DNA of 64,000 nucleotides from Candidatus Multivoradales bacterium (GTDB lineage: Bacteria > Acidobacteriota > Thermoanaerobaculia > Multivoradales > JAHEKO01). The number at the start of each line of letters is the position of its first letter. The first letter of the stretch is position 1. The position numbers were made by a program, and so were the translations under genes. The stretch lies in contig CBDFIJ010000004.1 in the NCBI GenBank assembly GCA_965248055.1, positions 448,001 to 512,000 on the forward strand, read 5' to 3'. The notes below the pieces were generated by a model. That model ran no database searches. It had not been told where the DNA came from and saw only the letters and a list, made by a program, of their open reading frames with translations. Shown here one piece after another: positions 62,695 to 64,000 of this stretch.

Positions 62695-63999
62695 TCAAAC
62701 GGACAGCTCCTGCGGCTTGTCTGGTGGAGGGCCGTAGTGAAGGTTGACCAGCGGTGCGGGTTGGTCACCGAAGGCAATTCCCATGTCCGCTAAGAACGCA
62801 AACGGCGGCACTCCACCGATGAGAACGAATACATAATCGTTAGCCAGTTCGACTCGGTCGCCTTCGGAGACTTCAAGGACCACACGATCGGTTTGAATCT
62901 CAATCACATGCGAACTGAAGATTACTTGTACGCTGCCTTTCGTCATCGCCTTTTCAATCCGTTCTTGGTTCTTTTTCTTGATCCGAAAAAAGTTCGATTT
63001 GCGATAGGACAGTGTTACTTCATTGCTGGAAATCCGGGCCAACCCCAGCGCCGCCTCAATAGCGCTATCTCCGCCACCTACGACCAGGACTTTCTCGCCG
63101 CAATAGGAAGCGGCATCGATCAACCGATACATGACCTTCTCTTGCTCTTCTCCTGGCACGCCCAACATGCGCGGCGTACCTCGGCGCCCCAAACACAGCA
63201 GTAAGGTCTTGGTGAGGAAGTCACCATGGCCACTTCCCACCAGAAATCCACCGGCCTTTGAAACAACGCTGCGCAACTCACTTTCAAACGCGATCTCAAG
63301 TCCACTATTGTCGACCAGGTCGGTGAACAAACTCAAGAGATGTTCCTTGCTGTACTCGGCTCTTGACAACTCTACTGAGGGACCCACTTTGACCGGTTGA
63401 GTTAAAACCATCTTGCGACGTGGGTAGTGCAGCAGCGTACCTCCAATACTTGCTTCTCGCTCGAGAAGCCGAAAGCGTAGTCCCAGCGTCTGAGCTTCAA
63501 GTGCGGCGCTCAAACCTGCGGGCCCGGCACCCACGACGACCAAGTCCAACTCGCTAGCTCCGTCAAGTCTTGTATCGAGAGTCCGAGCGATAGCCTGAAC
63601 TGCGTCGCGCCCTTGTTCGCAGGCGTTCTTTACTAGAGCCAAACCACCGAGTTCACCAGCAATATAGATCCCAGGAACAGTTGTCTGATACTGAACATCA
63701 AGCCGTGGAATATCGTCGCGCCCTATTAGGTCTCCTAAGCCCACTTCGATGGCGCCCACCGGGCAGGCCGTCTCGCAGTGGCCGTGACCAACGCAACGCA
63801 ACCCGTTGATAACGACCGCCGTCCCTCCAACGACCCCGAGAGGATCGCCTTCCGGACAAGCTTCAATGCACGCGGCACAACCAATGCAAAGATTGGCGTC
63901 GATGTAGGGGTACTGGGCCGTGGGTTGATCGATTCCCAACAACAACGCCTCGGCTTTCCGTTTTCGGTCGTGGTGACGCCGTCGTCGAAACCGAACCGC
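62695..63999 (-). CDS. 2[4Fe-4S] ferredoxin fused to thioredoxin-reductase-like FAD/NAD(P)H oxidoreductase (5' partial)
   Basis: CIGCAACIEACP, CVGHGHCETACP, VGAGPAG, GRRGTPR, VGGGDSA.E; frame is open to the window edge. Confidence 0.88.
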   Translation of the reverse strand, partial: AVRFRRRRHHDRKRKAEALLLGIDQPTAQYPYIDANLCIGCAACIEACPEGDPLGVVGGTAVVINGLRCVGHGHCETACPVGAIEVGLGDLIGRDDIPRLDVQYQTTVPGIYIAGELGGLALVKNACEQGRDAVQAIARTLDTRLDGASELDLVVVGAGPAGLSAALEAQTLGLRFRLLEREASIGGTLLHYPRRKMVLTQPVKVGPSVELSRAEYSKEHLLSLFTDLVDNSGLEIAFESELRSVVSKAGGFLVGSGHGDFLTKTLLLCLGRRGTPRMLGVPGEEQEKVMYRLIDAASYCGEKVLVVGGGDSAIEAALGLARISSNEVTLSYRKSNFFRIKKKNQERIEKAMTKGSVQVIFSSHVIEIQTDRVVLEVSEGDRVELANDYVFVLIGGVPPFAFLADMGIAFGDQPAPLVNLHYGPPPDKPQELSV

Positions 64000-64000
64000 G

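Overview
GC-rich bacterial chromosome segment, most consistent with an Acidobacteriota genome (inferred from gene content and style, not proven). About 55 protein-coding genes; no rRNA, tRNA or CRISPR array was seen. Housekeeping genes include tatD, korAB-type 2-oxoacid:ferredoxin oxidoreductase, xerD, leuA/leuB-like, add, coaD, Sua5/TsaC, recN, proline dehydrogenase, lipA, lipB, a 2-oxoacid dehydrogenase E2 and a fused E1. Most notable accessory features: (1) a sigma54 activator divergent from a Cache-like sensor/Ser-Thr kinase, an Ig-repeat protein and a LysM-FecR protein (763-6837); (2) an orphan BoxB-like diiron protein coupled to a GNAT in the E2/lipB/lipA/proline dehydrogenase cluster; (3) a ~135-nt element with mutually exclusive helices between convergent genes (38081-38215); (4) a secreted protein with a JAB/MPN-like motif; (5) an ECF sigma/anti-sigma/PDZ operon with a matching ECF promoter; (6) a passenger plus outer-membrane barrel protein behind a sigma54-type promoter; (7) decayed IS3-family elements interrupted by a 139-bp MITE with a CTAG duplication; (8) recurrent degenerate 12-15-nt micro-duplications. 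All family calls come from motifs read by eye; no searches were run.
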